Shown here: piece after piece, positions 9,864 to 18,679 of the stretch
Position numbering within the stretch: position 1 is the stretch's first letter
Layout of the letters: every line of letters begins with the position of its first letter
DNA from: Longivirga aurantiaca
GTDB lineage: Bacteria > Actinomycetota > Actinomycetes > S36-B12 > CAIYMF01
Assembly (NCBI RefSeq): GCF_042660085.1
Contig: NZ_JBHSTI010000008.1
Coordinates: forward strand, 390,001 to 422,000
Direction: 5' to 3'
DNA length: 32,000 nucleotides
Program-made: the position numbers and the translations under genes
The notes under the pieces: model-generated
What the model was told of the DNA's origin: nothing
The model's database searches: none
What the model saw: the letters and a program-made list of their open reading frames with translations, nothing else

Positions 9864-11179
9864 GATGTCCAACCGTACGGGACGTCACCGCCTGCGCCCG
9901 TCACGGCGGGCCCGGTGCCGTCGTGCGCGTCGTGGTCGGCGTCGAGGAGGTCCTGGACGCCGGGCATTCGGCGGGGCCCGGCCACGAGCTCCGGGGTGAG
10001 CCAGTCGGCGCCGTCGTCGGGGTCGTCGTCGAGGTCGGGGAGGCCGGTGAGGATCGGCATCTCGGGCGGTTCGGGCAGCCCGGCGAGCCGGCCCTCGGCG
10101 GAGGCGACGAGCTCGGGGGCAGTGAGGGGTCGCGCGGCCTGGGTGACCGGCGCGGGGGTGGGCAGACCGCCGTCCTCGGAGTCGGCGACCACGCCGAGCG
10201 TCGCGAGCCGGCGCGCCGTGACGAGCACGCGGCCCTCGAGCGACCCGACCGTGTCGTTGTAGGCGCCGACGGCGGAGTCGAGCTGGCGGCCGAGCTTGGC
10301 CATGTGCTTGCCGACCGTCGCGATGCGCGAGTGCAGCTCGACGGCGAGGTCGTGCACCTCGCGGGCGTTGCGCGTCGCCGACTCCTGGCGCCAGGTGTGC
10401 GCCACCGTGCGCAGCAGCGCGAGCAGGGTGGTCGGCGTCGCGAGGACGACGTCCTTGTCGAACGCCCGCTGCAGGAGGTCGGGCCGCTCGTCCAGGGCGG
10501 CTGACAGCAGGGGCTCGGACGGCAGGAACAGGATCACGAACGCGGGGGAGTCGTAGCGGCGCCAGTACTCCTTCGACCCGAGGGCGTCGACGTGCTTGAC
10601 GAGGTCGGCGGCATGGCGGGCGAGCAGGGTGCGGCGGGCAGTGTCGTCGTCGGACTCGACCGCCTCGAGGTACGACGCCAGCGGCACCTTGGAGTCGACG
10701 ACGACGTCGCGGCCGTCCGACAGGTGCACGACGAGGTCGGCGCGCAGCAGCGCGCCGGCGTCGTCGCGGCTGCTCGCCTGCTCCTCGAAGTGGACGTGGG
10801 GCAGCAGCCCGGACGACTCGACGATCCGCCTCAGCTGCATCTCGCCCCACTGGCCGCGGACGTCGGACCGCCGCAGCGCTGCGGCGAGCCGTCCGGTCTG
10901 CTCGCTCACCGCCGTCGCACCGAGGGCGGTGGCCTCGACCTGGCGACGGAGGTCGGCGTGCGCCGCGATGCGCTCGCGCTCGGAGCGGGCGAGGTCGATG
11001 CGCACGTCGCGCAGCGTCTCGGCGATGGGGGTGACGAGGGCGTCGACGGCCGCGCGCTCGGCGGCCAGGGACGCGCCGGAGGTGTCGTCGCGCTGGGCAC
11101 GGGCGACGGCGAGGGCCACGGCCGCGCCCAGGGCGACGCCGACGACCAGGGCAACGAGCAGGGGAAGAAGCTCGGTCAT
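9860..11179 (-). CDS. rmuC: DNA recombination protein RmuC
   Basis: N-terminal TM/coiled coil then RGQWGEMQLRRIVESSGLL ... VVVDSKVPLASYL ... FLPSEPLLSAALDERPDLLQRAF. Confidence 0.93.
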   Translation of the reverse strand: MTELLPLLVALVVGVALGAAVALAVARAQRDDTSGASLAAERAAVDALVTPIAETLRDVRIDLARSERERIAAHADLRRQVEATALGATAVSEQTGRLAAALRRSDVRGQWGEMQLRRIVESSGLLPHVHFEEQASSRDDAGALLRADLVVHLSDGRDVVVDSKVPLASYLEAVESDDDTARRTLLARHAADLVKHVDALGSKEYWRRYDSPAFVILFLPSEPLLSAALDERPDLLQRAFDKDVVLATPTTLLALLRTVAHTWRQESATRNAREVHDLAVELHSRIATVGKHMAKLGRQLDSAVGAYNDTVGSLEGRVLVTARRLATLGVVADSEDGGLPTPAPVTQAARPLTAPELVASAEGRLAGLPEPPEMPILTGLPDLDDDPDDGADWLTPELVAGPRRMPGVQDLLDADHDAHDGTGPAVTGAGGDVPYGWTS

Positions 11180-11240
11180 GCCCCGACCGTCCCACCCACC
11201 CCCGACAGTCCGCGGGTTTGCGATGACGGCCCACGTTGTT

Positions 11241-11281
11241 CGGCTCTAGTGGATGAAGGCGACCTTCATCCACTAGAGCCG
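11241..11281. repeat. Perfect 19-bp inverted repeat with 3-nt loop between divergent genes
   Basis: CGGCTCTAGTGGATGAAGG (11241-11259) / CGA / CCTTCATCCACTAGAGCCG (11263-11281). Confidence 0.85.
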
Positions 11282-11320
11282 TACACACCGTCCCATCATG
11301 TGGGTGCAGGTGCCGCGCGC

Positions 11321-11351
11321 TTGACGTTGACGTGGCGTCAACGTCTAGCGT
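11321..11351 (+). promoter_or_regulatory. MerR-type promoter with operator dyad in a 19-bp spacer
   Basis: TTGACG (11321-11326), N19, TAGCGT (11346-11351); perfect 10-bp dyad GACGTTGACG-TGG-CGTCAACGTC (11323-11345). Confidence 0.7.
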
Positions 11352-11358
11352 CGTGGGC

Positions 11359-12129
11359 ATGAGCTGGTCGATCGTCGAGGTGGCGCGTCATGCGGGGGTG
11401 TCCTCGCGCACCCTGCGGCACTACGACGACATCGGGCTCGTGCCGCCCGCGTACGTCGGCAGCAACGGCTACCGCTACTACGAGCGCGAGCAGCTGCACC
11501 GGCTGCAGGAGGTGCTCGTGCTGCGCGAGCTGGGCCTGCCGCTCGACGCCGTGGCGCGCGTGCTCGACGGCACGCGCGACCGCGCCGCCGTCCTGCGCGA
11601 GCACCGCGCCGCGCTCCTCGTCGAGCGCGACCGGATAGCGCGCCTCGCCGACACCGTCGGCCGCACCATCGCCGAGATCGAAGGAGACGACACCATGACC
11701 CCGCTCACCCCGGAGGAGCTCTTCGACGGCTTCGACGCCGAGAAGCAGAAGGAGTACGAGGCCGAGCTCGTCGAGCGCTACGGCCCGCAGGCGCAGGAGA
11801 AGATCGACGAGTCGTGGAAGCGGGTGGGCGCGATGGGCAAGGCCGACGCCGACCGCATCCAGGCCGAGCTCGCGCAGCGCGACCAGGACTACGCAGCTCT
11901 CTTCGACGCCGGCGTCGACCCTTCCGACCCGCGCGTCCAGGAGGTCACCGCGGGCCACTACCGCTGGGTGTGCGAGTTCTGGACACCGAACGCGGAGACC
12001 TTCGCCGGCCTCGGCGATCTCTACGTCGACAGCCCGGAGTTCAAGGCGCGTTACGACGCCGTGCGACCCGGCCTCGCCGAATACGTCCGCGACGCCATGG
12101 CCGTCTACGCCGTCGAGACGCTCGCCTGA
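11359..12129 (+). CDS. MerR family regulator with TipAS (antibiotic-binding) domain, TipAL-like
   Basis: SIVEVARHAGVSSRTLRHYDDIGLVPPAYVGSNGYRYYE HTH; C-terminal TPEELFDGFDAEKQKEYEAELVERYG ... ITAGHYRWVCEFWTPNAETFAGLG-type TipAS segment. Start placed at 11359. Confidence 0.92.
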   Translation: MSWSIVEVARHAGVSSRTLRHYDDIGLVPPAYVGSNGYRYYEREQLHRLQEVLVLRELGLPLDAVARVLDGTRDRAAVLREHRAALLVERDRIARLADTVGRTIAEIEGDDTMTPLTPEELFDGFDAEKQKEYEAELVERYGPQAQEKIDESWKRVGAMGKADADRIQAELAQRDQDYAALFDAGVDPSDPRVQEVTAGHYRWVCEFWTPNAETFAGLGDLYVDSPEFKARYDAVRPGLAEYVRDAMAVYAVETLA

Positions 12130-12240
12130 GTCCCACCGCCCGGGCCGGATCGCGCCGGTTGGTCACGATCGAGTCAGCGAAGCCCATGCCGTCAGGGCGA
12201 GTGCCACGATCGGAGTGCGCACCGACGACTGGGGGATGCG

Positions 12241-12783
12241 ATGTCGGCGACCGAGCTCGGCACGGCCACCGATCCAACGCCGGCGAAGCGGCCGCTCGTG
12301 TGGCCGTGGGCGATCCTGTCCGCGATCGTGGTTGGGCTCCTGCTGCCGATCGCGGTCGGACTGCTGGACCTGCCCCGGTCATGGGAGATCCCGGTGATGC
12401 TGGCGTGCGCCGCCGTCGGCTTCGCCGTCCCGTACCTCCTGGCGCCCTACCCCGCCCTCCGCATCCGCCTGCTCGGTGTTGCCGTGCTGGCGTCCGCGGT
12501 GTGGGCGGCCTGGGCCTATCGCACGAACATGCACCGGTGGCGGCCGGACCTCGGTGACGACTACCTGCTGCCCTGGGGCGTGAGCAACACCCCCGCGGAG
12601 GCCGTCGCCGTGCAGCCCATCGCAGTTGGCCTGTGCGTCGTGCTGGCCGTCGTCGCGCTCGTGCGGCTGGGCCGCGGGCGCATCGAGCGCACGGGCTGGT
12701 GGACCGCTGTGCTGGCGATGGCGCTCCTCGTCTGCTGCAGCGCTGCGCTGCAGGTCCTGCTCAACCGCGCGTACACCGCATAG
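12241..12783 (+). CDS. Hypothetical multi-pass membrane protein
   Basis: 180-aa ORF with several hydrophobic segments (WPWAILSAIVVGLLLPIAVGLL; VIPVMLACAAVGFAVPYLLAPY-type; VLAMALLVCCSAALQVLL). Confidence 0.5.
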   Translation: MSATELGTATDPTPAKRPLVWPWAILSAIVVGLLLPIAVGLLDLPRSWEIPVMLACAAVGFAVPYLLAPYPALRIRLLGVAVLASAVWAAWAYRTNMHRWRPDLGDDYLLPWGVSNTPAEAVAVQPIAVGLCVVLAVVALVRLGRGRIERTGWWTAVLAMALLVCCSAALQVLLNRAYTA

Positions 12784-12789
12784 CGCGAG

Positions 12790-13323
12790 TCAGCCGGCCA
12801 GCAGGGCGAGGGACTCGTCGGCCCAGGCGATGGCGGCCCGGGCTGAGTGCTGGCCCGCAAGGACGGTGACGAGCCGGTAGCGCGCGTCCGGGTCGGCGGC
12901 GGTCTCCGCCTCGAGCCCGTGCCGGATCGCGTCGAGCGCAGCCAGCTGCGCGACCGCGCGGGATCGCGCCTCGGTCAGGATCGCCCGGCACTCCTCGACG
13001 CCGAGGAGCCCGCCGAAGAACAGCCGCAGCAGCGTGCCGTTGCGCGGGGGAGCGGCGGTGATCGGCTCGCGGAGCAGGTCGACCAGCCGCTCCCGCCCGG
13101 ACGGCGTGAGCCGGAACGTGCTGCCCGAGGTCTTGCCGTCCGCGTCCCGGACGATGAGCGCCTCCGACTCGAGCCGCGCGAGCGTCGGGTAGATCTGGCC
13201 GAAGCTCTCGCTCCAGAAGTGGCCGAGCGTCTCGGTGATCGCGGCGCGGACGGCGTACCCGGACATCGGCTGCACCGACAGCGCCCCCAGGACGGCGAGC
13301 TCGGTGGTCTGCTGCCTCGACAT
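12790..13323 (-). CDS. PadR family transcriptional regulator
   Basis: LAVLGALSVQPMSGYAVRAAITETLGHFWSESFGQIYPTLARLESEALI winged-helix signature. Confidence 0.92.
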   Translation of the reverse strand: MSRQQTTELAVLGALSVQPMSGYAVRAAITETLGHFWSESFGQIYPTLARLESEALIVRDADGKTSGSTFRLTPSGRERLVDLLREPITAAPPRNGTLLRLFFGGLLGVEECRAILTEARSRAVAQLAALDAIRHGLEAETAADPDARYRLVTVLAGQHSARAAIAWADESLALLAG

Positions 13324-13330
13324 GAGCCCA

Positions 13331-13349
13331 ACATATCTGATAGATATGT
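13331..13349. promoter_or_regulatory. Probable PadR operator in a 29-bp divergent intergenic region
   Basis: Perfect dyad ACATATCT-GAT-AGATATGT between start codons at 13323 (-) and 13353 (+). Confidence 0.7.
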
Positions 13350-13352
13350 CCC

Positions 13353-13766
13353 ATGGTCACCGACACGCTGAGCACCGCACCCACCACCCGCACCGGCACG
13401 TGGGGCACGGCCTTCGCCGTGTTCGCCTGCGGGGTCGGCCTCTTCCAGGTGGCCCTCGCGGTCGGCGCCCCGTGGGGAGCGGCCGCGTGGGGCGGCGCGA
13501 ACGCAGGCGTGCTGCCCACCGGCTTCCGCGTCGCCAGCGGCGTCTCGGCGCTCCTGTGGGCCGGGGTCGCGGCGGCCGCCGCCAGCCGCCTGCTCGGGCC
13601 GGTGGGACGCCGGCGGCTTCTGCTGGGCTCCGCGGCGTACCTCACGCTGGGCATCGCAATGAACGCGGCGTCGCCGTCGGGCATCGAGCGGGCCGTGTGG
13701 GTGCCGGGGACAGCGCTCGGCGCAGGCCTGGCATGGATGGCCTGGCGGGAGGCGCGAACCCGCTGA
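13353..13766 (+). CDS. Hypothetical multi-pass membrane protein, divergent from and probably regulated by the adjacent PadR
   Basis: 137-aa ORF, hydrophobic helices throughout; shares PadR operator region. Confidence 0.6.
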   Translation: MVTDTLSTAPTTRTGTWGTAFAVFACGVGLFQVALAVGAPWGAAAWGGANAGVLPTGFRVASGVSALLWAGVAAAAASRLLGPVGRRRLLLGSAAYLTLGIAMNAASPSGIERAVWVPGTALGAGLAWMAWREARTR

Positions 13767-13816
13767 CGTGCCCGGGAATGAACCGAGGAGCTCCTCAGTT
13801 GCATCGGTGACACTCG

Positions 13817-13826
13817 CGATATATCG
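13817..13826. promoter_or_regulatory. AT-rich palindrome upstream of second padR gene, possible operator
   Basis: CGATATATCG in otherwise GC-rich sequence, 37 nt upstream of the 13863 start. Confidence 0.4.
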
Positions 13827-13862
13827 TTAGTGCATCGAGAACAGACATCTGAGGAGATGACC

Positions 13863-14498
13863 ATGAAGTTCCGTACCCCGCGCCACCCGGCGCACCTGAA
13901 GTTCCACCACCCTGGCCAGCACCCCGACGGCGCCGGGGGCTTTCCGTTCCCCGGAGGCCCCGGCTTCGGCCCGGGCTTCGGGCCGCGCGGCGGCCAGCGA
14001 GGCGGAGGCCGTCGTGGCCCCGGCCGCGGCCGCGCCCCCCGCGGTGACGTCCGCGCCGCCGTCCTCGTGCTCCTCGCCGAGGAGCCGATGCACGGCTACC
14101 AGCTCATGCAGGCGATCTCCGACCGCTCAGGGGGCCGCTGGACGCCCAGCCCCGGCGCGATCTATCCCGCGATCGCGCAGCTCGAGGATGAGGGCCTCGT
14201 TCTCGTCACGGCCGACTCCGGCCGAAAGGTGGCCGCGCTGACCGACGCCGGCCGCGAGGCCGTCGCCGCGGCGGAGACCACCGACCCGTTCGGCTCGTTC
14301 GACGCCGAGCCCGCAGGTCCTGACCTGCGCGCCCTGGTCGAGGGCATCGCCGGCGCCACCCGTCAGGTCTTCCGCACCGGCAGCCCGGCGCAGATCGAGG
14401 CAGCGGCCGCGATCCTCGCCGACACCCGCCGCGCGCTGTACCTCCTGCTCGCCGACGGCCCCGAGGCCGCCGCCCAGGGCGAGCCCACGGATGGCTGA
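13863..14498 (+). CDS. PadR family transcriptional regulator with Gly/Pro/Arg-rich N-terminal extension
   Basis: VRAAVLVLLAEEPMHGYQLMQAISDRSGGRWTPSPGAIYPAIAQLEDEGLV; GAGGAG ribosome-binding site upstream; alternative ATG at 13857. Confidence 0.9.
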   Translation: MKFRTPRHPAHLKFHHPGQHPDGAGGFPFPGGPGFGPGFGPRGGQRGGGRRGPGRGRAPRGDVRAAVLVLLAEEPMHGYQLMQAISDRSGGRWTPSPGAIYPAIAQLEDEGLVLVTADSGRKVAALTDAGREAVAAAETTDPFGSFDAEPAGPDLRALVEGIAGATRQVFRTGSPAQIEAAAAILADTRRALYLLLADGPEAAAQGEPTDG

Positions 14499-14693
14499 GG
14501 TCCTCACGGCCGGGGCGTCGGTCAGCACCGAGGCCCCGGCCCCCGACCGCACCCGTCACTGATCGGTGCGACCCACGAGCAGCCCCGCACCCGCCCGTCG
14601 CACCGCGCGACGATGCGGGGCGGGGCGCTCGCGTTCCAGGGCACCGGCGCCGTGGTCCGGAGGGACCCCGCGCGGCGCCTAGACTCTCGGCCC

Positions 14694-15767
14694 GTGGCTC
14701 TCACCATCGGAATCGTCGGACTCCCCAACGTCGGGAAGTCGACGCTCTTCAACGCGCTGACCAAGAACGACGTGCTCGCGGCGAACTACCCGTTCGCGAC
14801 GATCGAGCCCAACGTCGGGGTGGTCGGCGTCCCCGACCCACGGCTCGCGATCCTCGCGGGCATCTTCGGGTCGGAGCGGATCCTGCCCGCCAGCGTCTCG
14901 TTCGTCGACATCGCCGGCATCGTCAAGGGCGCGAGCGAGGGTGCGGGTCTCGGCAACAAGTTCCTCGCCAACATCCGCGAGTGCGACGCCAACTGCCAGG
15001 TGATCCGCGTGTTCACCGACTCCGACGTCGTCCACGTCGAGGGTCGCGTCGACCCCAAGGACGACATCGAGATCATCAACACCGAGCTGATCCTCGCCGA
15101 CCTGCAGACGGTCGAGAAGGCGCTCCCCCGTCTGGAGAAGGAGGCGCGGCTCAACAAGGACCGCGTCGAGCTCCTCGAGACGGCCAAGAAGGCGTACGAC
15201 GCCCTGTCGGCAGGCACGACGATCTTCGCCTCGGGGCTCGACCGCGACGTGCTGCGTGAGCTCTTCCTGCTCACCGCCAAGCCCTTCCTCTACGTCTTCA
15301 ACGTCGACTCGGACGAGCTCACGAACGAGCCGCTGAAGGCCGAGCTCCGCGCGCTCGTCGCGCCGGCCGAGGCCGTGTTCCTCGACGCGAAGACCGAGAG
15401 CGACCTCACCGAGCTCGACGACGAGGAGGCCCTCGAGCTCCTGCAGTCGATCGGCCTCGAGGAGTCGGGCCTCACCACGCTCGCCCGCGTCGCGTTCGAC
15501 ACCCTCGGTCTGCAGACCTACCTCACGGCCGGCCCCAAGGAGTCGCGCGCGTGGACCATCCGCAAGGGCGACACCGCGCCGCAGGCTGCGGGCGTCATCC
15601 ACACGGACTTCCAGAAGGGCTTCATCAAGGCCGAGGTCATCTCGTTCGACGACCTCGTCGCCTGCGGCTCGGTGGCCGAGGCTCGCGCCAAGGGCAAGGC
15701 CCGCATGGAGGGCAAGGACTACGTCATGCACGACGGCGACGTCGTGGAGTTCCGCTTCAACGTCTGA
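14694..15767 (+). CDS. ychF: Redox-regulated ATPase/GTPase YchF (OBG family)
   Basis: [47 protein letters not shown] ... [13 protein letters not shown]; GTG start inside a longer ORF. Confidence 0.96.
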   Translation: MALTIGIVGLPNVGKSTLFNALTKNDVLAANYPFATIEPNVGVVGVPDPRLAILAGIFGSERILPASVSFVDIAGIVKGASEGAGLGNKFLANIRECDANCQVIRVFTDSDVVHVEGRVDPKDDIEIINTELILADLQTVEKALPRLEKEARLNKDRVELLETAKKAYDALSAGTTIFASGLDRDVLRELFLLTAKPFLYVFNVDSDELTNEPLKAELRALVAPAEAVFLDAKTESDLTELDDEEALELLQSIGLEESGLTTLARVAFDTLGLQTYLTAGPKESRAWTIRKGDTAPQAAGVIHTDFQKGFIKAEVISFDDLVACGSVAEARAKGKARMEGKDYVMHDGDVVEFRFNV

Positions 15768-15894
15768 GCAGCCCGGTCGCCCGCGGCGATGTCCGCATCG
15801 ACGCGGATGCACACGGACGAATCGGGGCGCATGGCGGTGCCGGTCGCGAGGTAGTGCCAGGGTGGGAGAGGGCTGTCGCGAAGGGTGGAGTGCG

Positions 15895-16119
15895 ATGAAC
15901 AAGGGCGTGAAGGCACTGGTGGGGATCGCGATCGTCGGTGGAGCCGTGGTCGGCGGGTACTTCCTGGTGCAGGCGGTGCTGGCTAAGAAGTCGGCCGTCG
16001 ACGACGCGGTCGCCGCGATGCAGACCCAGCTCGACGAGCTCGACCCGGTCAGCCGCGCGGCCGCGGTCGCAAGGATCACCACTGACGAGGCGAAGAGCCT
16101 CCGGCACGCCAAGGCCTAG
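15895..16119 (+). CDS. Small single-pass membrane protein, hypothetical
   Basis: MNKGVKALVGIAIVGGAVVGGYFLVQAVLAKKSAVDD...; TM then charged helix; 74 aa. Confidence 0.5.
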   Translation: MNKGVKALVGIAIVGGAVVGGYFLVQAVLAKKSAVDDAVAAMQTQLDELDPVSRAAAVARITTDEAKSLRHAKA

Positions 16120-16137
16120 CGCTGCCCGCTGCGCTCG

Positions 16138-16716
16138 TCACGCCGGAGGCTCGTCCTCCTCGCGCAGCGAGGGGACGGCGCTCGGCATCGGTCTCGCGCC
16201 GTGCTTGTCGGCGTAGAACGCGCGCACCCGGTCCATGTCGGCGCGGACGTCGCCGCTCGGGCGGAACGACGGGCCGAGGCCGCAGGTGCGGGTGGGCTGG
16301 TCGACGTACCCGAGGACGAGGGGGACGTCGGCGTCCTGCGCGATCCGGTAGAAGCCGGACTTCCAGTGTCCCTGCCCGCCCTGGGTGCCCTCGGGAGCGA
16401 TGACGAGAGAGAGCGGCTGGCCGCTGCGCGCGCGCTCGGTGAGGTCGGCGACGAGCGTGCCGGGGTTGGCGCGGTCGACGGCGATCCCTCCCAGCGAGCG
16501 CAGCAGTCCGCCGAACGGCGCTCGGAAGATCGACTTCTTCGCCAGGAAGCCCGGCTTCAGGTCGCTCGCCCAGGCAACGCCGAGCATGAGGGGGAGGTCG
16601 AGCCACGACGTGTGCGGGTACGCGACGAAGACCGACACCGGCTCCTGCGGTGGCTCCTCGCCCACGAGCCTGTACCGAAGCACGCGGAGCACCCCGCGAC
16701 CCACAGTCCTGCGCAT
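16138..16716 (-). CDS. 1-acyl-sn-glycerol-3-phosphate acyltransferase-like (PlsC superfamily)
   Basis: HxxxxD motif in AYPHTSWLDLP and LVIAPEGTQGG; 192 aa. Confidence 0.85.
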   Translation of the reverse strand: MRRTVGRGVLRVLRYRLVGEEPPQEPVSVFVAYPHTSWLDLPLMLGVAWASDLKPGFLAKKSIFRAPFGGLLRSLGGIAVDRANPGTLVADLTERARSGQPLSLVIAPEGTQGGQGHWKSGFYRIAQDADVPLVLGYVDQPTRTCGLGPSFRPSGDVRADMDRVRAFYADKHGARPMPSAVPSLREEDEPPA

Positions 16717-16915
16717 GCGGCCACGTCCCCTCGTCTGTCGGTGACCGGGACGCTACGGCACGGTGGACGTCGCCGCAGCGCGAGCATGATCGCCGAACGG
16801 CTCCGAGGTGAGACGGACCGGCACCGCCCTTCACCCGAACGGACGGGCTTCGCGACCGGCGGGCCCTAGCATCGGTGCATCGCAGCAGGTCCGCGGTCGT
16901 CGAGAGGGCAGCACC

Positions 16916-17296
16916 ATGAGCGATCACGAGGCGGCACCGCAGACGCGTGGCGTCACGGTCGAGCTGCTGGCGTCCATCGACCTCGCACCGGAGATCGCGG
17001 GGCTCGACGGTTTCGAGCTCCGGACGCGCAAGGTGACGATGGAGCCCGGAGCCGTCTTCGGCCCCGTTCACGATCATGTCGGTCGGCCCGGCACCGTCTA
17101 CGTGCTGCAAGGGACGATCACCGACCACAGGGACGGCGTCGCGACCGAGTACGGGCCGGGGCTCGGCTGGCCCGAGGACCGGAACACGCTGCACTGGCTG
17201 GAGAACCGAGGCGACGTCACGGCGATCGAGATCTCCGTGGACGTCATCGCCCGTACGTCGCCGCCAGCACTGTCCGAGGCCGCGGCGCAGTCCTAG
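16916..17296 (+). CDS. Cupin domain-containing protein
   Basis: VTMEPGAVFGPVHDHVGRPGTVYVLQGTITDHRDGVATEYGPG ... NRGDVTAIEISVDV; start set to 16916. Confidence 0.8.
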   Translation: MSDHEAAPQTRGVTVELLASIDLAPEIAGLDGFELRTRKVTMEPGAVFGPVHDHVGRPGTVYVLQGTITDHRDGVATEYGPGLGWPEDRNTLHWLENRGDVTAIEISVDVIARTSPPALSEAAAQS

Positions 17297-17325
17297 CATC
17301 GGCGTACCCGAGCCGGAGGTGCGCG

Positions 17326-17706
17326 ATGGATGCGGAGAGCCTGGCCGAGAAGGCCATCCGCGAGGCGATCGAGCGCGGTGAGTTCGACAACCTGCCCGGT
17401 GCCGGCAAGCCGTTGAAGCTCAGCAACTCCGGCGACCCCGAGTGGTGGCTGAAGAACCTCGTCGAGCGCGAGGGCGACGTGCCGCTCGGAGGTGCGGTGT
17501 CGCTGCGCCGCGAGGCCGACAGCTTCCCCGAGTCGCTCGCCGACATGCCGCACGAGCAGGCGGTCCGCGCGGTGCTCGAGGACTTCAACGCGCGGGTGAC
17601 GGACGACTGGCGGCGGCCGCAGGTAGGCAAGGGCATCCCCGTCGTGGCCCGCAAGGTCGATGTCGACGCGATGGTCGAGCGGTGGAAGGCCATGAAGCGC
17701 CGCTGA
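17326..17706 (+). CDS. DUF1992 (DnaJ-C28-like) domain-containing protein
   Basis: SLAEKAIREAIERGEFDNLPGAGKPLKLSNSGDPEWWLKNLVEREG signature. Confidence 0.9.
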   Translation: MDAESLAEKAIREAIERGEFDNLPGAGKPLKLSNSGDPEWWLKNLVEREGDVPLGGAVSLRREADSFPESLADMPHEQAVRAVLEDFNARVTDDWRRPQVGKGIPVVARKVDVDAMVERWKAMKRR

Positions 17707-17753
17707 CGAAGCCGCACCCCATGCTGCCGGGCCGGCGCGGATACGGTGGGCGC

Positions 17754-18533
17754 GTGTCCGATGCCGAGGTCGCCGGTGGCGTGAAGTCGGTGGCGTCCGC
17801 GCTCGACGTGCTCGACTGCTTCGTGTCGGACGAGGAGCTCGGCGTCTCGGAGGTCGCCCGCCGGCTCGGCGTCGCCAAGAGCACCGCGCACCGCCTGCTG
17901 ACCACGCTCGTCTCGCGCGGCTTCGTCGAGCAGGACGCCGCGAGCGGCAAGTACCGCCTCGGCATCCACCTGTTCGAGCTCGGGCAGCTCGTGCTGCAGC
18001 GCAACGAGCTCCGACGCCGCTCGACGACGCTGCTCGAGGAGCTGCGCGAGCTCAGCGGCTGGACGGTGCACCTGTCGATCGCGCAGGGCGCCGACACGCT
18101 CTTCCTCGAGCGGCTCCCGACCCTGCGGGGGATGAAGGTCATGCGCGAGTTCCGACGGCGCTGGCCGCTGCACGCGACGTCGTCGGGCAAGGCCATCTGT
18201 GCCTACGACCCCGAGGCGGCGGCCGCCCGGATCGAGGCGGGCTTCCCGGCCTTCACCCCGCGCACGATCACGGGCGAGAGGGCGTTCGCGGCCGAGCTCG
18301 CGCGGGTGCGCTCCCGCGGGTACGCGACCTCGCGCGAGGAGCTGATGGACGACCTCGCGTCGGTGGCCGCACCGGTGCTCGACCTGCACGGTGTCGCGAT
18401 CGCGGCGATCTCGATCACCGGCTCGGTCTCCGAGCTCGCGGATGCCCGCGACCGCCAGGTGCGGCTCGTCACGGCGGCGGCGAAGCGGCTCTCGCAGGTG
18501 ATGCTCACGCCGGACGGCGCGGCGCCGCACTGA
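17754..18533 (+). CDS. IclR family transcriptional regulator
   Basis: VKSVASALDVLDCFVSDEELGVSEVARRLGVAKSTAHRLLTTLVSRGFVEQD; IclR effector domain; GTG at 17754. Confidence 0.95.
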   Translation: MSDAEVAGGVKSVASALDVLDCFVSDEELGVSEVARRLGVAKSTAHRLLTTLVSRGFVEQDAASGKYRLGIHLFELGQLVLQRNELRRRSTTLLEELRELSGWTVHLSIAQGADTLFLERLPTLRGMKVMREFRRRWPLHATSSGKAICAYDPEAAAARIEAGFPAFTPRTITGERAFAAELARVRSRGYATSREELMDDLASVAAPVLDLHGVAIAAISITGSVSELADARDRQVRLVTAAAKRLSQVMLTPDGAAPH

Positions 18534-18538
18534 CGAGC

Positions 18539-18555
18539 GTTCCTCATCGCGGAAC
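18539..18555. promoter_or_regulatory. Candidate IclR-family operator upstream of the aldehyde dehydrogenase gene
   Basis: GTTCC-TCATCGC-GGAAC dyad in the IclR/aldehyde dehydrogenase intergenic region; a second 9-bp dyad CGCTCCGCA/TGCGGAGCG at 18558-18598. Confidence 0.35.
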
Positions 18556-18679
18556 AACGCTCCGCAGCCGCCCGCACGGCGTCATAGCGTGCGGAGCGTC
18601 CTGGTCCGGCGCGGGTCCCACCCGCTGCCGCACCGCTGCAACCGGCAGCCGCAGGGCGACGTCGAGAGGGATCACCGCC

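Noticed and set aside
11241-11281. Simple rho-independent terminator interpretation of this hairpin
   Set aside because: Neither flanking gene is transcribed toward it and no T-tract is present; reported as an unexplained palindrome instead.
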